The position numbers and the translations under genes are program-made. DNA of 63,988 nt, the filler included, from Dimargaris cristalligena (lineage: Eukaryota): assembly GCA_003614675.1 (NCBI GenBank). It is 3 parts of 3 records of this genome, joined end to end, with 100 filler letters (N's around TTAATTAATTAA, not from the genome) between each part and the next. Parts side by side here need not be neighbours in the genome. Positions count along the whole stretch, not along the records: positions 44,364 to 63,988 come from ML002723.1; 2 more parts are not named here. The stretch is one strand, 5' to 3'. The notes beneath the pieces are model-generated. The model saw nothing but the letters and a program-made list of their open reading frames with translations. It searched no databases and was not told the origin of the DNA. Shown one piece after another: positions 61,620 to 63,988 of this stretch; position 1 is the stretch's first letter; every line of letters starts with the position of its first letter.

Positions 61620-62650
61620 ACCACACAACCTCTAATATAAATCCAATACGCAATTGAAGGTGGGTTACAATCCATCAGCATGGTAACTATATATATACAT
61701 GCCGAACACCCTTGTGTATTGACACGCACTGGGGCAAGATCCCCAAATTTATTCAAATGGCAATGACGAAGAATCGGGAATACAACAAACAACAGGGGGG
61801 TTTATAATATATATTTGTGGTTCAGGCGATAATTTGTACAGCGATAGTGAGTGAGCAGTTTAGAAATAATACTCGTTAGGTATGACTGACCCCGAGTCTC
61901 GGGATGTAGAGAGTCCAGGCCTTGTCCAACTTAGCCTAGGCAACCTACCTCAAACCTTTGACTTGAGCTACACTAAACATCGTCTTGGCCCGACTTATCG
62001 CCACTATTCGAATCCTGTAATGACCAGTTTCCAAACTGGGTGGTAACCGTGTTAACCGAGTTTGACTGCGCTAGTTGAGACGATGCCGGATCAGGATAAA
62101 AGAATGAGCGAGTGGCAGAGGTTGGACACACTGGTTGGGCGGATGACCAACTATATGTTCGTTTAATGTGCACATATGTGGGTGCATTCGTTGATTCAGT
62201 GGATCGATAATTTGAGGCCTTAAAACTATACGACACATAACCCTCCTCCATTTGGCCCATTGAGTTGCTTATGGGACTAAAAGATGTGCCATATCGAGAC
62301 TGCTGGGATGAACCTGAACTGGGACTGGGATAGGAAACCCCCGGAATACCAATATCCGCTAAGAAAGGGTCACTGCGAATGGGGGAGTACAGGTGACTAT
62401 TGGTCGAAGGAACTCTGCAGTCTAAATCTGATGGAGGCAGGTGGCTGTTGATATATGGGAATTGTCTACTATTGCCAGAAGCGGGTGCCTGGCCATATAT
62501 CGATGAGGAAGGGGTGTAGTGGTCCGACGAAGAAGGAACACTGTGAATTGACGAGTCCAGGTTGCTGACACTCGAAGAGGGCTGGGCGGCCTGACTATTT
62601 GAACCGCCTAATACTAATCATAAGACAAAAAAATATATGAATGCGGACAT
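61620..62650 (-). pseudogene. Degenerate Ser/Pro-rich secreted-protein gene, possible third family-B member
   Basis: ATG 62650 begins MSAFIYFFVL*LVLGGSNSQA (signal-like, with a stop), followed by a Ser-rich tract with stops and frameshifts. Fragments LPRLSWTRP, INPLLFVVF and PVRVNTQGC weakly echo family-B motifs. Confidence 0.35.
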
Positions 62651-63597
62651 TAGTAAATAATATGAGATTGGCACTACGTAAAAGTGCATTATTATAGCCA
62701 ACAGTTAGGGGCCCGTGTACTTTGCCAGAATAACTGTTTGACTACTTACGTCCTGACTTCCAGTTCGGGCTATTTTGTAAACTTCCACTGTTAGAATTAT
62801 TAAAATAGTAAGATCCTTTGTGGTCCGACATGACTGAAAGATGGTTAGATGGGAGAAAAGGGAGATAGTGACAAGTTGATGTTGTTGAAATTTTATTGGG
62901 GAGTGGATACCGGGCTTTTAAATAAAATGAGCACTACAGCATTGGTCTCGCTGATATTTCAGCAAAAAAAATATGCGGAACTACAGAGACAGGTTAAAGT
63001 GTGTTATACCTGCGTGGCTAGGTATTCGGAAGAGTGGCTTGTACTTGTAGCAAATGATCCAATGCCAAACAGCAACATGAATACAAACGACTGTTCTTGC
63101 CACCTTAAGTCCCCCCAATCGACCAACATACCTTAAGAACACAATGGCATGCAAATTTATTTTATGTATATTACATTAATAATAATCGGAGGACAGTCGG
63201 TCGTCCTTTGGGTGGCCACAGTAACGCAGGAATTATCACCAAGGAGACTCACAACACCACTTTTGAATCAATTTGGAAATCAATCCCATTTTTTGCCTCG
63301 CCTGATATTAACGATATAGAAATGAACCGGCGTTTAGGACTAATGGTTGTATCGTATTGAGATTGCATCCCAAATTTTGCCCTTGTTAGGTGCCATAGAC
63401 CTGTAGTGTACCCTCATTTAGGAATTGGGACTCAAGGTATCCAAATCGTAAAAGCTACTTCCAATTTTGGTTGTACATGATGCCATCAAAAAAATATAAT
63501 TATGATTGTTATGGCTGACATGAAAATGAGGTCAACTAGGAAATGCCCAACTGATATTTCAAACAATCCCATGTTCCAATTTACTGCACTTTCTCTC

Positions 63598-63856
63598 TGT
63601 CGCCCGAATTAACCACTCTTAGTCTGTCAAGAGTCTCGGGGATAGGCTTCTAACAGTAGGCGGGGCATTGGCATGGCCAAGCAGGCTACTAGCATTAGGT
63701 AAGGCTATACTAACCTAATAAAGTGAGTGTCAATGTGTATGCGGGGGACATGCACTGATGCACACTTACTAGTCAGTACGAGGGGGGTGAGCATATATAG
63801 AGTTTATTGAGGGTAAACTAAGGGGGGGTAAGAATAAGCTCTGGTACTAACCGGTG
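63598..63856. mobile_element. LTR-like repeat, second copy
   Basis: Starts TGTCGCCC. Shares TTAACCACTCTTAGTCTGTCAAGAGTC, CTAGCATTAGGTA, GCACACTTACTAGT and GGGGGGGTAAGAATAAGCT with 1021-1280. Confidence 0.65.
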
Positions 63857-63988
63857 TGGCAAGGTGTACTGTCCCCCTATAAGCCACACCAATTATATTA
63901 CTATTATTATTATTATGCAGGGTATGAAGTGGCTTTTTTTCTGGTATAACCAGTTTTTTTTCCCTCCCCTTTAACCCATTCTTTCCAT

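Noticed and set aside
1..63988. CRISPR arrays, tRNA genes or prokaryotic operons
   Set aside because: No regularly spaced direct repeats or tRNA cloverleaves seen by eye; genes carry spliceosomal introns.

Overview
Eukaryotic (fungal) genomic DNA with spliceosomal introns. The gene content (kaptin, NBR1-like receptor, tetraspanin, orphan secreted families) suggests an early-diverging fungus, possibly a Zoopagomycota mycoparasite such as Dimargaris; that is inference only. The window is three contigs joined by artificial 100-nt linkers (N44-TTAATTAATTAA-N44 at 22083-22182 and 44264-44363), so adjacency across them means nothing. Conserved genes: Ras GTPase, an NBR1-like PB1-ZZ-ZZ-FW protein, a tetraspanin, NAA40, a Mid2-like sensor, clathrin heavy chain (cut by a linker), kaptin (KPTN), EME1/Mms4, valyl-tRNA synthetase with two in-frame starts, and one dispersed 5S rRNA gene. 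Accessory DNA near contig ends holds two tandem families of orphan, apparently secreted proteins: one with C-terminal zinc fingers (decaying), one with a shared SWAQSP motif and a novel C-terminal domain. It also holds a ~138-bp MITE family (5 copies), an LTR-like repeat and a strongly CpG-depleted tract. A ~240-nt self-complementary intergenic segment (23483-23720) looks like an unassigned structured RNA.
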